From contig DASTWK010000067.1 in assembly GCA_035776655.1 (NCBI GenBank), positions 28,768 to 92,767 of the forward strand: a DNA stretch of 64,000 bases. Direction: 5' to 3'. The stretch comes from Mycobacteriales bacterium. GTDB lineage: Bacteria > Actinomycetota > Actinomycetes > JAFAQI01. Positions 8,918-18,183 of this stretch are shown in pieces. The notes below the pieces were generated by a model. The model saw nothing but the letters and a program-made list of their open reading frames with translations, was not told the origin of the DNA and searched no databases. How positions within the stretch are numbered: the stretch's first letter is position 1; the number at the start of each line of letters is the position of its first letter. The position numbers and the translations under genes were made by a program.

Positions 8918-9529
8918 TCAGCGCGCCGGCGGGCGCACGTTCCACTGGTCGATCGCCGGCACGTCGTGCTCGGTGTCGAGCCGGCTGAGCGTTCCGGCGG
9001 CCAGGCGCAGGTGCGCCGCGAACCCCGGGTCGACTCCCAACCAACAGGCCGTGAGCACCCGCAGTTGATGGCCGTGCCCGACGAGCGCGACGTTCCCCCC
9101 GCCCGCGAGCACCGGCCGCACCCGGTCGAGCACCGCCTCGGCTCGCGCCGCGACCGCCGCCAGCGACTCCCCCGGGGTCTCGCCGGCCCGGACGCCATCG
9201 GCGAACAGCGTCCACGGCCGGCCGAGCTCCGTGCTGATCTCGGCGGTCGTCCGTCCCTCGTAGCCGCCGTAGTCCCACTCCGCCAGCCCCGGCTCCACCT
9301 GAACGTCGGGGCGAGCCGGCGGGTGCAGTCCGGCGAGCTCGGCGGTCCGTCGCGCTCGGGCCAACGGGCTGGTCAGCACCAGGGCGAAGGCGACCGGCTG
9401 CACCGCTGCCGCCAGCGCCCGCGCCTGTGCCTCGCCCTCGTGGGTCAGCGGCACGTCGGTAAGACCGGTGTGCCGGCCCGCGCGACTCCACGCGGTCTCG
9501 CCGTGACGGACCAGAAATATTGCGGGCAC
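8918..9529 (-). CDS. Histidine phosphatase family protein (phosphoglycerate-mutase-like)
   Basis: The RHG motif is at the N-terminus ([11 protein letters not shown]) and there is a downstream catalytic His (GHGHQLR). Confidence 0.9.
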   Translation of the reverse strand: MPAIFLVRHGETAWSRAGRHTGLTDVPLTHEGEAQARALAAAVQPVAFALVLTSPLARARRTAELAGLHPPARPDVQVEPGLAEWDYGGYEGRTTAEISTELGRPWTLFADGVRAGETPGESLAAVAARAEAVLDRVRPVLAGGGNVALVGHGHQLRVLTACWLGVDPGFAAHLRLAAGTLSRLDTEHDVPAIDQWNVRPPAR

Positions 9530-9602
9530 AGGGGAAATCCCTACCCGAATCGGTCGCGGTCAGCGACTCGCGACATCAAGGGCCGGGATTTGCATGCCGA
9601 AG

Positions 9603-9642
9603 GTTACTAGCGGGTAGCCTGCACTTGTTACCCGTCAGTAAC
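9603..9642. promoter_or_regulatory. Imperfect 40-bp palindrome (GTTACTagcGGGTA ... TACCCgtcAGTAAC) in the divergent promoter region upstream of the acyl-CoA dehydrogenase gene. It is a candidate TetR/FadR-type operator.
   Basis: The inverted repeat arms match at 11 of 14 positions. It lies about 50 bp upstream of the fadE start. Confidence 0.45.
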
Positions 9643-9693
9643 CGGCCGGTGGAGCACCGTCCGACCCGTCGTGACTCCCGGGGTGATCCACCA

Positions 9694-11541
9694 ATGGGCC
9701 ACTACAAAGCCAACCTCCGCGACACCGAGTTCAACCTGTTCGAGGTCTTCGGGCGCGACCAGATCCTGGGCACCGGCCCGTTCGCCGACCTCGACGAGGA
9801 CACCGCCCGCACGATCCTCGACGAGGTGCGGGCACTGGCCGAGGGGCCGCTGGCGGAGTCGTTCACCGACGCCGACCGCAACCCGCCGGTCTACGACCCC
9901 GAGGCCAAGACGGTGACGCTGCCCGAGTCGTTCAAGCGCAGCTACGCGGCGCTGCTCGACGGCGGCTGGGACCGGCTCACGCTGCCGGCCGAGCTCGGTG
10001 GGCCCGGCCTGCCGCGGTCGATCACGTGGGCGGCCGGTGAGTTCATCCTCGGCGCCAACCCGGCGATCCACATGTACGCCGCCGGCCCCGGTTTCGCGCA
10101 CATCCTGCACCGGCTCGGCAACGACGCCCAGAAGAAGCTCGCCGAGACGATGATCGAGCGGCAGTGGGGCGCCACCATGGTCCTCACCGAGCCCGACGCC
10201 GGTTCCGACGTCGGTGCCGGTCGCACCAAGGCGACCCCGCAGCCCGACGGCACCTGGCACATCGAGGGCGTCAAGCGCTTCATCACCAGCGCCGAGTGGG
10301 ACGTGCCGGAGAACATCGTCCATCTCGTGCTCGCCCGTCCGGAGGGACATGGCCCGGGCACGAAGGGGCTGTCGCTGTTCGTCGTACCGAAGTTCCTCTG
10401 CGACTGGGAGACCGGCGAGCTGGGCGCCCGCAACGGCGTCTACGTCACCAACGTCGAGAAGAAGATGGGCCTCAAGGTCTCCGCGACCTGTGAGGTGACC
10501 TTCGGCGCCGTGTCATCCACGGGAGGGGAGCCGGCCGTCGGGTGGCTGGTCGGTGACGTGCACGACGGCATCGCGCAGATGTTCCAGGTCATCGAGATGG
10601 CCCGGATGATGGTTGGCACCAAGGCGATCGCGACGTTGTCGACCGGCTACCTCAACGCGCTCGACTTCGCCAAGGCGCGGGTGCAGGGGCCCGACCTCAC
10701 GCAGATGACCGACAAGACCGCCCCGCGGGTGACGATCACGCACCACCCGGACGTGCGGCGCAGCCTGATGCTGCAGAAGGCCTACGCGGAGGGCATGCGC
10801 GCGCTGATGATCTTCGCGGCGACGCAGCAGGACGCGGTGCAGATCGCGGAAGCCGCCGGCGAACGGGACGAGGCCGCGGAGCGGCTCAACGACCTGCTGC
10901 TGCCGCTGGTCAAGGGCGTCGGCTCCGAGCGGTCCTACGAGCTGCTCGGGTCGCAGTCGCTGCAGACTCTCGGCGGCTCGGGCTTCCTGCAGGACTACCC
11001 GATCGAGCAATACATCCGGGACGCCAAGATCGACACTCTCTACGAGGGAACCACCGCGATCCAGGGCATGGACCTGTTCTTCCGCAAGATCGTGCGTGAC
11101 CAGGGGCAGGCGCTCGCCGCACTGGCCGCCGACATCCAGGCGTTCATCGACTCCGAAGCCGGCAACGGCCGGCTGAAGAACGAGCGGCGCTTGCTGGCGA
11201 CAGCGCTGGACGACGTGCAGGCCATGGTCGGCTCGATGGTCGGCTTCCTCACCGGCAGTCAGGACGACGTCCGCAACCTCTACAAGGTCGGCTTGAACAG
11301 CACCCGGCTGCTGCTCGCGCTCGGCGACCTCGTCATCGGCTGGCTGCTGCTGCGCCAGGCCGAGGTCGCGTTGCTGAAGCTGACCGCGGGCGCCAACCCG
11401 AAGGACGAGCGGTTCTACGAGGGCAAGGTCGCGGCCGCGAAGTTCTTCGCGCAGACCCGGCTGCCGCTGCTGACCGCGGAGCGGGCGGTCGTCGACGGCA
11501 GCAACCTCGAGCTCATGGACCTGGACGAGGCCGCTTTCTGA
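9694..11541 (+). CDS. Acyl-CoA dehydrogenase (long FadE-type, about 615 aa)
   Basis: ACAD N-terminal, middle and C-terminal domains are present along with a C-terminal extension (DUF1974-like). The start was trimmed to the internal ATG ([13 protein letters not shown]...). Confidence 0.92.
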   Translation: MGHYKANLRDTEFNLFEVFGRDQILGTGPFADLDEDTARTILDEVRALAEGPLAESFTDADRNPPVYDPEAKTVTLPESFKRSYAALLDGGWDRLTLPAELGGPGLPRSITWAAGEFILGANPAIHMYAAGPGFAHILHRLGNDAQKKLAETMIERQWGATMVLTEPDAGSDVGAGRTKATPQPDGTWHIEGVKRFITSAEWDVPENIVHLVLARPEGHGPGTKGLSLFVVPKFLCDWETGELGARNGVYVTNVEKKMGLKVSATCEVTFGAVSSTGGEPAVGWLVGDVHDGIAQMFQVIEMARMMVGTKAIATLSTGYLNALDFAKARVQGPDLTQMTDKTAPRVTITHHPDVRRSLMLQKAYAEGMRALMIFAATQQDAVQIAEAAGERDEAAERLNDLLLPLVKGVGSERSYELLGSQSLQTLGGSGFLQDYPIEQYIRDAKIDTLYEGTTAIQGMDLFFRKIVRDQGQALAALAADIQAFIDSEAGNGRLKNERRLLATALDDVQAMVGSMVGFLTGSQDDVRNLYKVGLNSTRLLLALGDLVIGWLLLRQAEVALLKLTAGANPKDERFYEGKVAAAKFFAQTRLPLLTAERAVVDGSNLELMDLDEAAF

Positions 11542-11703
11542 GCGGTCGCCGACCGGTCCGGCCGCAGCGACGGGCGGCTGACCTGCGGCGACGTGCTCGC
11601 TTCACCCGGTCGGCGGCGTGTGTGCTGGCGCGCATCGGGTATGAGTCGGTCGCCAACGCGGCCGACGATGTGGTCGGCCCACGACGACAGGAGTGAGCCA
11701 GCC

Positions 11704-11922
11704 ATGGGCATCGGCGTCAGCATCTTCCTCATCGCGGTCGGCGCCATCCTGACCTTCGCGGTCGACACAGCGGTGAACGGCTTCAGCATCCAGACGATCG
11801 GCATCATCTTGATGGCCGTCGGGGCACTGGGCCTGATCATCACCCTGCTGGTGTTCGCCCCCCGCCGCCGCGCCGGTGTGGTCACGGAGCGCACGTACGA
11901 CGAGCGCCCCACCACCTACTGA
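11704..11922 (+). CDS. Small integral membrane protein (two transmembrane helices, DUF6458-like)
   Basis: An AGGAG ribosome-binding site is present. The sequence MGIGVSIFLIAVGAILTFAV...IGIILMAVGALGLIITLLVF shows the two helices, and GC3 is high. Confidence 0.55.
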   Translation: MGIGVSIFLIAVGAILTFAVDTAVNGFSIQTIGIILMAVGALGLIITLLVFAPRRRAGVVTERTYDERPTTY

Positions 11923-11950
11923 GACCTGGCAGTTCTCCGGGGTAACGCAA

Positions 11951-11978
11951 GGGCCGGTCCGCAGGTGCGGACCGGCCC
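11951..11978. terminator. GC-rich hairpin (GGGCCGGTCC-gcaggtgc-GGACCGGCCC) between convergent genes, a candidate bidirectional terminator
   Basis: The stem is a perfect 10-bp inverted repeat. It sits between the stop codon at 11922 and the stop codon at 12031. Confidence 0.5.
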
Positions 11979-12030
11979 TTCGCATGCCCATCGCTGGCGA
12001 GCAGTGTTGCCCGGGGCTCGACGTTGGTGT

Positions 12031-13476
12031 CTAGGACCAGGCCAGGAACAGGGTCGGGTCGGCCAGCAACGCGGCGATGTCGGCGAGGAACTGCGACCCG
12101 AGCTGGCCGTCGATGACACGGTGGTCGAACGACAACGACAGCTGCGTCACCTTGCGGATCGCCAGCTCACCGTCGTGGACCCACGGCTGGTCGCGGACGG
12201 CACCGAAGCACAGGATCGCGGACTCGCCGGGGTTGAGGATCGGCGTGCCGTTGTCGACGCCGAAGACGCCGACGTTGGTGATGGTGATCGTGCCGTGCTG
12301 CATGTCGGCGGGCGGCGTCTTGCCCTCCCGGGCGAGGACGACGAGGTCGCCCAGGGCCCCGGCGAGCTCGGGAAGCGACAGCCGCTCGGCGTTCTTGATG
12401 TTCGGCACGAGCAGCCCGCGCGGTGTGGCCGCCGCGATGCCCAGGTTGACGTAGTGCTTGACGACGATCTCCTGGGCCGCCTCGTCCCAGGTCGAGTTCA
12501 CCAACGGGTTGCGGCGAACCGCCACGAGCAGGGCTTTGGCGACCAGCAGCAGCGGCGTGACCCGAACGTCGGCGAAGCCCGGGGCCGCCTTCAGCCGCTC
12601 GACCATCTCCATCGTCGGGGTCACGTCGACGGTGACGAACTCCGTGACGTGCGGGGCGGTGAACGCCGACGCAACCATCGCGTTCGCCATCTGCTTGCGC
12701 ACGCTCTTGATCGGCAGGCGCTCCTCGGCACCCGCGTCCGATGCGGCCGCGACCAGCCGGGCGGGAGCCTCGGACCCGCCGGGGCTGGCCGCCGCTTCGA
12801 CGTCGTCGCGAGTGATCGTGCCGGCCGGGCCGGTGCCGTGCACCGCCCGCAGGTCGACGCCGAGGTCACGGGCGAGCTTGCGCACCGGCGGTTTGGCCAG
12901 CACCCGCACCTCGCCGGCCAGTTCCGCGGCGTGCGCTCCCACCGCCGCAGCCGAGACCCGCGCCGGCGGCTTCGGCGCCGGTCGCGCGGCCGCGGGCGCG
13001 GCGGTCGCCACTGCCTTGCGCGGTCGGCGGGTGAGCTTGCCGCTCTTGGGACCGGACCCGACGAGGACCTCGATCTTCTCCTCGGTGTTGGCCTTGGGCG
13101 CGGGACCGCCGACCAGACCGGGCTCCGACGGGATCTGCGGGACGAGGTCCGCGGCCGCCGCCACCTTGGTCTGCGCCGGCGCGGCCACCCCGCCGTCGAC
13201 GCCCGCGGGGGCCTCCCCGGCCGCACCGGAGGGATCGGTGTCGAACGTGATGATCGGCGACCCGACGTCGACGGTCTCGCCCTCGGCATGGTGCAGCGCG
13301 GTCACGACACCCGCATAGGGCGAGGGGATCTCGACGGCAGCCTTGGCGGTCTCCACCTCGACGATCGGCTGGTTGAGCGTCACCTCGTCGCCCGGCTGGA
13401 CGAACCACTTGAGGATCTCGCCCTCCGTCAGCCCCTCACCGAGGTCGGGCAGCTTGAAGTCCTGGTAGGTCGGCAT
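12031..13476 (-). CDS. Dihydrolipoamide acyltransferase (E2 component of a 2-oxoacid dehydrogenase complex)
   Basis: There is an N-terminal lipoyl domain (FKLPDLGEGLTEGEI...ETAKA), an Ala/Pro-rich linker, and a C-terminal catalytic domain (...DHRVIDG...). Confidence 0.9.
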   Translation of the reverse strand: MPTYQDFKLPDLGEGLTEGEILKWFVQPGDEVTLNQPIVEVETAKAAVEIPSPYAGVVTALHHAEGETVDVGSPIITFDTDPSGAAGEAPAGVDGGVAAPAQTKVAAAADLVPQIPSEPGLVGGPAPKANTEEKIEVLVGSGPKSGKLTRRPRKAVATAAPAAARPAPKPPARVSAAAVGAHAAELAGEVRVLAKPPVRKLARDLGVDLRAVHGTGPAGTITRDDVEAAASPGGSEAPARLVAAASDAGAEERLPIKSVRKQMANAMVASAFTAPHVTEFVTVDVTPTMEMVERLKAAPGFADVRVTPLLLVAKALLVAVRRNPLVNSTWDEAAQEIVVKHYVNLGIAAATPRGLLVPNIKNAERLSLPELAGALGDLVVLAREGKTPPADMQHGTITITNVGVFGVDNGTPILNPGESAILCFGAVRDQPWVHDGELAIRKVTQLSLSFDHRVIDGQLGSQFLADIAALLADPTLFLAWS

Positions 13477-13492
13477 GTGCGCAGGTCCCGTC

Positions 13493-14470
13493 TCAGAAGG
13501 CGAGCGAGCGGTCGACGGCGTCAAGGATGCGGTCGAGGTCGGGCAGGTAGTCCTCCTCGATCCGCGCGGTCGGATACGGCGTGGAGAAGCCGCACACCCG
13601 CAGCACCGGAGCCTCCAGCTCGTAGAAGCACCGCTCGCTGACCCGCGCCGCGACCTCGCCGGCGAGCGAGGCGTAGACCGGAGCCTCCGAGACGACGATC
13701 GCGTGCTGGGTCTTGCGCACGCTGGCGAGCACCGTGTCCCAGTCGATCGGTGACAGCGCGCGCAGGTCGACGACCTCGATGTCGCGGCCTTCGGTCTCGG
13801 CCGCCGCAGCAGCCTCCAGACAGGTCTTCACCGACGGCCCGTAGGTCAGCAGTGTGACGTCGGTGCCCGGTCGCACCACCCGCGCGTCCCACAGCCCGGT
13901 GGGCGGCCCCGCCGCCACGTCGAGGTCGGCCTTGTCCCAATACCGGCGCTTCGGTTCGAAGAACACGACCGGGTCGTCGTTGGCGACGGTCTGTTGCACC
14001 ATCCAGTAGGCGTCGACCGGGTTGGAACAGCTGACGACCTTCAACCCCGGGGTGTGGCAGAAGTAGGACTCGGGCGACTCGCTGTGGTGCTCCACCGCGC
14101 CGATGCCGCCGCCGTACGGGATGCGGATGGTGATCGGCAGCTTGACGTTGCCCGCCGACCGGTAGTGCATCTTCGCCACCTGGCTGACGATCTGGTCGAA
14201 GGCCGGGAACACGAAGCCGTCGAACTGGATCTCACACACCGGCCGGAACCCTCGGATCGCAAGGCCGATCGCGGTGCCGATGATGCCGGACTCGGCAAGC
14301 GGGGTGTCGATGACCCGGTCCTCGCCGAAGTCCTTCTGCAGGCCGTCGGTGACGCGGAAGACGCCGCCGAGCCGGCCGACGTCCTCACCCATGACGAGCA
14401 CCTTCGGGTCGGCCTCGAGGGCCTTGCGCAGTCCTTCGTTGAGGGCCTTCGCCAGCGTCAGCGTCGCCAT
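13493..14470 (-). CDS. 2-oxoacid dehydrogenase E1 component beta subunit
   Basis: It has the transketolase-like pyrimidine-binding and C-terminal domains typical of PdhB/BkdB. Its start overlaps the E1-alpha stop (TGATG). Confidence 0.95.
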   Translation of the reverse strand: MATLTLAKALNEGLRKALEADPKVLVMGEDVGRLGGVFRVTDGLQKDFGEDRVIDTPLAESGIIGTAIGLAIRGFRPVCEIQFDGFVFPAFDQIVSQVAKMHYRSAGNVKLPITIRIPYGGGIGAVEHHSESPESYFCHTPGLKVVSCSNPVDAYWMVQQTVANDDPVVFFEPKRRYWDKADLDVAAGPPTGLWDARVVRPGTDVTLLTYGPSVKTCLEAAAAAETEGRDIEVVDLRALSPIDWDTVLASVRKTQHAIVVSEAPVYASLAGEVAARVSERCFYELEAPVLRVCGFSTPYPTARIEEDYLPDLDRILDAVDRSLAF

Positions 14471-15627
14471 CAGTGCGCGCCTTCGAACGACGCGAGGTAG
14501 GTCGCGAGCTGCTCGCGTTCCTCGTCGAGCAACGTGGATCCCCCGGCGTAGACGTGGTCGAACAGCGACAGCGGGTCCGGATCCGGCAGCCCCAGACAGC
14601 CCGCGCGGATGTGGGTGGCGAGCTCGCTCGCCTCACGGTCGACCTGCTCGAAGTACGACGAGTCGGCCATGCCGCTGCGGGAGAGGTAGGCCTTCATCCG
14701 CTCGATGGGGTCCTTGAGCTTCCAGGTCTCCAGCTCGGCCGCGAGCCGGTAACGGGTGGGGTCGTCGGAGGTCGTGTGCGGTCCCATCCGGTAGGTGAAG
14801 GCCTCGATCAAAGTCGGGCCGCTGCCCTCGCGGGCGCGGTCGAGCGCGTCCCGCGCGACGGCCAGCACGGCGAGCACGTCGTTGCCGTCGACGCGGACGC
14901 CGGGGAAGCCGAAGCCACGAGCGCGCTGATAGAGCGGGATGCGGCTCTGCCGTTCCAGCGGCTCGGAGATGGCCCACTGGTTGTTCTGGCAGAAGAACAC
15001 CACCGGCGCCTGGAACACGCTCGACCAGACGAAGGCTTCGTTGACGTCACCTTGGCTGGACGCGCCGTCGCCGAAGAACGCCATCACGGCGCCGTCCGAC
15101 CCGTCGCGCTGCAACCCCATCGCGTAGCCGGTCGCATGCAGGGTCTGGGAGCCGATGACGATCGTGTAGAGCTGGAAGCCCTTGTCGTAGGGGTCCCAGC
15201 CACCCTGGTTGACCCCGCGGAACAGCCCGAGCAGCGTCACCGGGTCGACACCCTTGCAATACGCGACACCGTGCTCCCGATACGTGGGGAAGGCGAAGTC
15301 GCGGCCGGTCAGCGCGCGGCCCGCGCCGACCTGGGCGGCCTCTTGCCCGAGCAGGCTCGCCCACAAGCCGAGCTCGCCCTGCCGCTGCAGCGCGGTCGCC
15401 TCGGTGTCGATCCGGCGGACCATCACGAGGTCGCGGTAGAGCCCGCGGTAGTCCTCGGCGGTCAGGTCGAGGGAGTAGTCGGGATGGTCGACCCGTTCAC
15501 CCTCCGGCGTCAGCAGCTGGACGAGCTCTGGGCCCTCACTCGGCTGCACCGCCTGCAGCGACGGTGGGAACACGGACTCGGACGCTGGCGGGACGGCGCC
15601 GTTGCCGTCACCAGTGGCGCCTGACAT
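14470..15627 (-). CDS. 2-oxoacid dehydrogenase E1 component alpha subunit (TPP-dependent)
   Basis: The TPP-binding motif is present (GDGASSQGDVNEA...NNQWAIS). The start was trimmed to the internal ATG, which has a GGAGTGG ribosome-binding site. The long upstream extension in the ORF track is Arg/Pro-rich and unlikely to be coding. Confidence 0.9.
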   Translation of the reverse strand: MSGATGDGNGAVPPASESVFPPSLQAVQPSEGPELVQLLTPEGERVDHPDYSLDLTAEDYRGLYRDLVMVRRIDTEATALQRQGELGLWASLLGQEAAQVGAGRALTGRDFAFPTYREHGVAYCKGVDPVTLLGLFRGVNQGGWDPYDKGFQLYTIVIGSQTLHATGYAMGLQRDGSDGAVMAFFGDGASSQGDVNEAFVWSSVFQAPVVFFCQNNQWAISEPLERQSRIPLYQRARGFGFPGVRVDGNDVLAVLAVARDALDRAREGSGPTLIEAFTYRMGPHTTSDDPTRYRLAAELETWKLKDPIERMKAYLSRSGMADSSYFEQVDREASELATHIRAGCLGLPDPDPLSLFDHVYAGGSTLLDEEREQLATYLASFEGAH

Positions 15628-15802
15628 CTGCCACTCCTCGTGGTCGTCGGCGGCAGCGGGGTCTCCGCCGCACGGGGTTTCCCGCCGAGGTGGCTTGTGG
15701 CCGGGGCGGGGGGTCGGGGCAGCCCCCGACCGGCTCATCGTCGCAGACGGTAGCGGCTGCGGTCCAAGGCTTCGCCCGGTCGGGCGAGTCTCGGCAGTTC
15801 CG

Positions 15803-16630
15803 TCAGCGTCCGGGCTCGCCGTCGCCGTGGCCGCCGTGGCCATGGGCGCCGACGCCGTGGGCGCCCTGCCCGTGGGCGCCGTGGCCGGGTACGCCGTGGC
15901 CGTGGACGCCGTGGCCGCGCGGTCCGTGCCCGTGCCGGCCGTCGGGCGACTCGCCGCGGGATGCGGGTTCGTCGACGTCGTGCGCCCGACCGGCATGGCC
16001 ATGACCACGGGCTCGGGACGTCCAGTGCCGGCCGTGCCCCGAACGCAGGGCGGCCGGCGCCGCCTCGCGGGTGGGGCGCGCAGTGGACCCGCCGACCTGC
16101 GACCGTCGGTCGGCGGGGGCGAGTGCGGGCTGGGCAGCCAGACCGGTCCCGGTCGCAGGACCGGCGGCGGGGCCGCGTCCGGAGGCCGACCGCGCGGCGG
16201 GCCCGGCCGCGCTCGATCCGCTCGTCGATGGACGCGAGGAAGCGGGCTGCGACGCCTCCGCGCGGTCGGGCGCGGGCGCGACCCGGGCACCGGTGGTCGC
16301 CGGCGCCGGCACGGTCACCGTCGGCACGGTCAGCGTCGGGGGGCGCTGCGTGACCGGCGCGCCAACGCGGGAGTCGGTCGCGGGAGGACCGGCGTGGCTC
16401 GACCCGCCTCCCGGTCCGGCCGCGGCACCCACGGCGCCAGGGATGGTGACGACCCCCGTCCGCGGCAGGTCGGTGACGGCCTGGGGAGTGGCGTTCGCAG
16501 GGCGGCCGACGGCTCCCTGCCAGACCCGCAGTCCCGCCCCGATGAGGGCGAGCACCGACAGCGACGCCAGCACGGCCAGCGCGGCCACCGCAGCCCACAC
16601 CCGTGAGGGCACGGCCCGCAACGCCGTCAC
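15803..16630 (-). CDS. Putative membrane-anchored protein with a Pro/Ala/Thr/Ser-rich region and a C-terminal His-Gly repeat tail (HGHGPRGHGVHGHGVPGHGAHGQGAHGVGAHGHGGHGDGE)
   Basis: GC3 is high from a GTG start preceded by an AGAGGG ribosome-binding site. One transmembrane helix is present (VWAAVAALAVLASLSVLALIGAGL). The call is uncertain because the 3' end lies on a DNA heptamer repeat, where every frame stays open. Confidence 0.4.
   Translation of the reverse strand: MTALRAVPSRVWAAVAALAVLASLSVLALIGAGLRVWQGAVGRPANATPQAVTDLPRTGVVTIPGAVGAAAGPGGGSSHAGPPATDSRVGAPVTQRPPTLTVPTVTVPAPATTGARVAPAPDRAEASQPASSRPSTSGSSAAGPAARSASGRGPAAGPATGTGLAAQPALAPADRRSQVGGSTARPTREAAPAALRSGHGRHWTSRARGHGHAGRAHDVDEPASRGESPDGRHGHGPRGHGVHGHGVPGHGAHGQGAHGVGAHGHGGHGDGEPGR
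15818..15935. repeat. Degenerate tandem heptamer-like repeat (GCCGTGG-N2)n, about 13 units, encoding the His-Gly tail on the minus strand
   Basis: The motifs gccgtgg/ccgtggc/cgtgggc recur every 9 nt, read directly from the sequence. Confidence 0.6.
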
Positions 16631-16848
16631 GCCATCACCCTCTCGCCGCTGAAGGTCGGCCAGATGCCTGGAGCATCTCACGCATCTTCTACGGAGAGTA
16701 CCCGGGCAATAACCCTACGTATCAGACGGGTTCGGGCCAAAGCCGGCCATCTCCGCCGGAGCCGGCAGCCTAGGGGGCTGGCCGGTGCCCGCGCCGGACG
16801 ACACGTCGAGAACCCCGCGACAGCGATCCCGACGGTCTACCCTCCGCC

Positions 16849-17289
16849 GTGATGGCGGACTGGCTGGTGTGGCTGATCGCGGCCGGCGCCCTGGCGGCGG
16901 CCGAGGTGCTCACGCTGACCCTGGTCCTGGGCATGCTCGCGGTCGCAGCTCTCCTCGGCAGCATTCTCGCGGGGGTCGGCACACCGGTCCCGGTCCAGGT
17001 GGCGGGTTTCGCCGCCGGTGCGGTCCTCCTGCTCGGGGTGGTGCGGCCGGTGGCGCACCGCCACCGGCACCTCCCGGCCCCGCTGCGCACCGGCGCGGCA
17101 GCCCTCGTCGGCCGCCGCGGCACCGCGCTCACCACCGTCGACGGCACCAGCGGGCAGGTCCGCATCGGCGGCGAGGTCTGGAGCGCCCGGTGCTACGACG
17201 AGCGGGTCGTGATCCCAGCCGGTGCGGCGGTCGACGTCGCGCAGATCGACGGCGCAACCGCCGTCGTACTCCCCTTGGAGGCTTCATGA
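16849..17289 (+). CDS. NfeD family membrane protein (OB-fold C-terminus)
   Basis: There are two N-terminal transmembrane helices followed by a C-terminal beta domain. Its stop overlaps the downstream SPFH gene start (ATGA), which is the canonical NfeD-SPFH pairing. Confidence 0.85.
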   Translation: MMADWLVWLIAAGALAAAEVLTLTLVLGMLAVAALLGSILAGVGTPVPVQVAGFAAGAVLLLGVVRPVAHRHRHLPAPLRTGAAALVGRRGTALTTVDGTSGQVRIGGEVWSARCYDERVVIPAGAAVDVAQIDGATAVVLPLEAS

Positions 17290-18158
17290 GCGCAGCCTTG
17301 ATCGCCGCCGCCGTGGTCGCGTTCGTCGTACTGGTCACCCTCGTGCGGACGGTGCGGATCGTGCCGCAGGCAACGGCCGGCATCATCGAGCGGCTCGGGC
17401 GTTACCAGCGGACCTGTACGCCGGGCCTGACGGTGCTCGTTCCGTTCGTCGACCGGATGCGGCCACTGCTCGACCTGCGCGAGCAGGTCGTGAGCTTCCC
17501 GCCGCAACCGGTCATCACCGAGGACAACCTGGTCGTCGGCATCGACACGGTCATCTATTTCCAGGTGACCGATCCACGGTCGGCGACCTACGAAGTCGCG
17601 AACTACATCCAGGCGATCGAGCAGCTGACGGTGACGACCCTGCGCAACGTCATCGGTGGGCTCGACCTCGAGGAGACCCTGACCAGCCGCGACCAGATCA
17701 ACGCACAGCTGCGCGGGGTGCTGGACGAGGCGACCGGCAAGTGGGGGATCCGGGTCAACCGGGTCGAGATCAAAGCCATCGATCCGCCGGTCAGCGTCAA
17801 GGAGTCGATGGAGAAGCAGATGCGCGCGGACCGCGACAAGCGGGCCGCCATCCTCACCGCCGAAGGCGTGAAGCAGTCGCAGATCCTCACGGCTGAGGGT
17901 GAGAAGCAGGCCGCGATCCTCACCGCGCAAGGCGAGCGGGAGGCGGCGATCCTGCGCGCGGAGGGCGAGGCGAAGGCGATCACCACGGTGTTCCAGGCGA
18001 TCCACGACGGCTCGCCCGACCCGGCGCTGCTGGCCTACCAATACCTGCAGACGCTGCCGCAGATCGCGGCGTCGGAGTCATCGAAGGTGTGGGTCGTGCC
18101 GAGCGAGCTGACCGCCGCCCTGCAAGGGCTGTCGAAGGCGTTCGACCAGAAGAAGTGA
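17286..18158 (+). CDS. SPFH/band-7 (stomatin-like) domain protein
   Basis: An N-terminal transmembrane helix is followed by the SPFH domain (RIVPQATAGIIERLGRY...) and a coiled-coil repeat region (AILTAEGEKQAAILTAQGEREAAILRAEGEAKA). Confidence 0.93.
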   Translation: MSAALIAAAVVAFVVLVTLVRTVRIVPQATAGIIERLGRYQRTCTPGLTVLVPFVDRMRPLLDLREQVVSFPPQPVITEDNLVVGIDTVIYFQVTDPRSATYEVANYIQAIEQLTVTTLRNVIGGLDLEETLTSRDQINAQLRGVLDEATGKWGIRVNRVEIKAIDPPVSVKESMEKQMRADRDKRAAILTAEGVKQSQILTAEGEKQAAILTAQGEREAAILRAEGEAKAITTVFQAIHDGSPDPALLAYQYLQTLPQIAASESSKVWVVPSELTAALQGLSKAFDQKK

Positions 18159-18183
18159 GCGACCGGTCGGATAGCGTCACGCG

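Noticed and set aside
15602-16606. Plus-strand 334-aa ORF over the heptamer repeat region, reading (AV)n and Arg-rich sequence
   Set aside because: It overlaps the E1-alpha start and is highly Arg/Gly-rich. The minus-strand frame has a ribosome-binding site, a transmembrane helix and a PTS-rich composition. The call is still uncertain (see findings).
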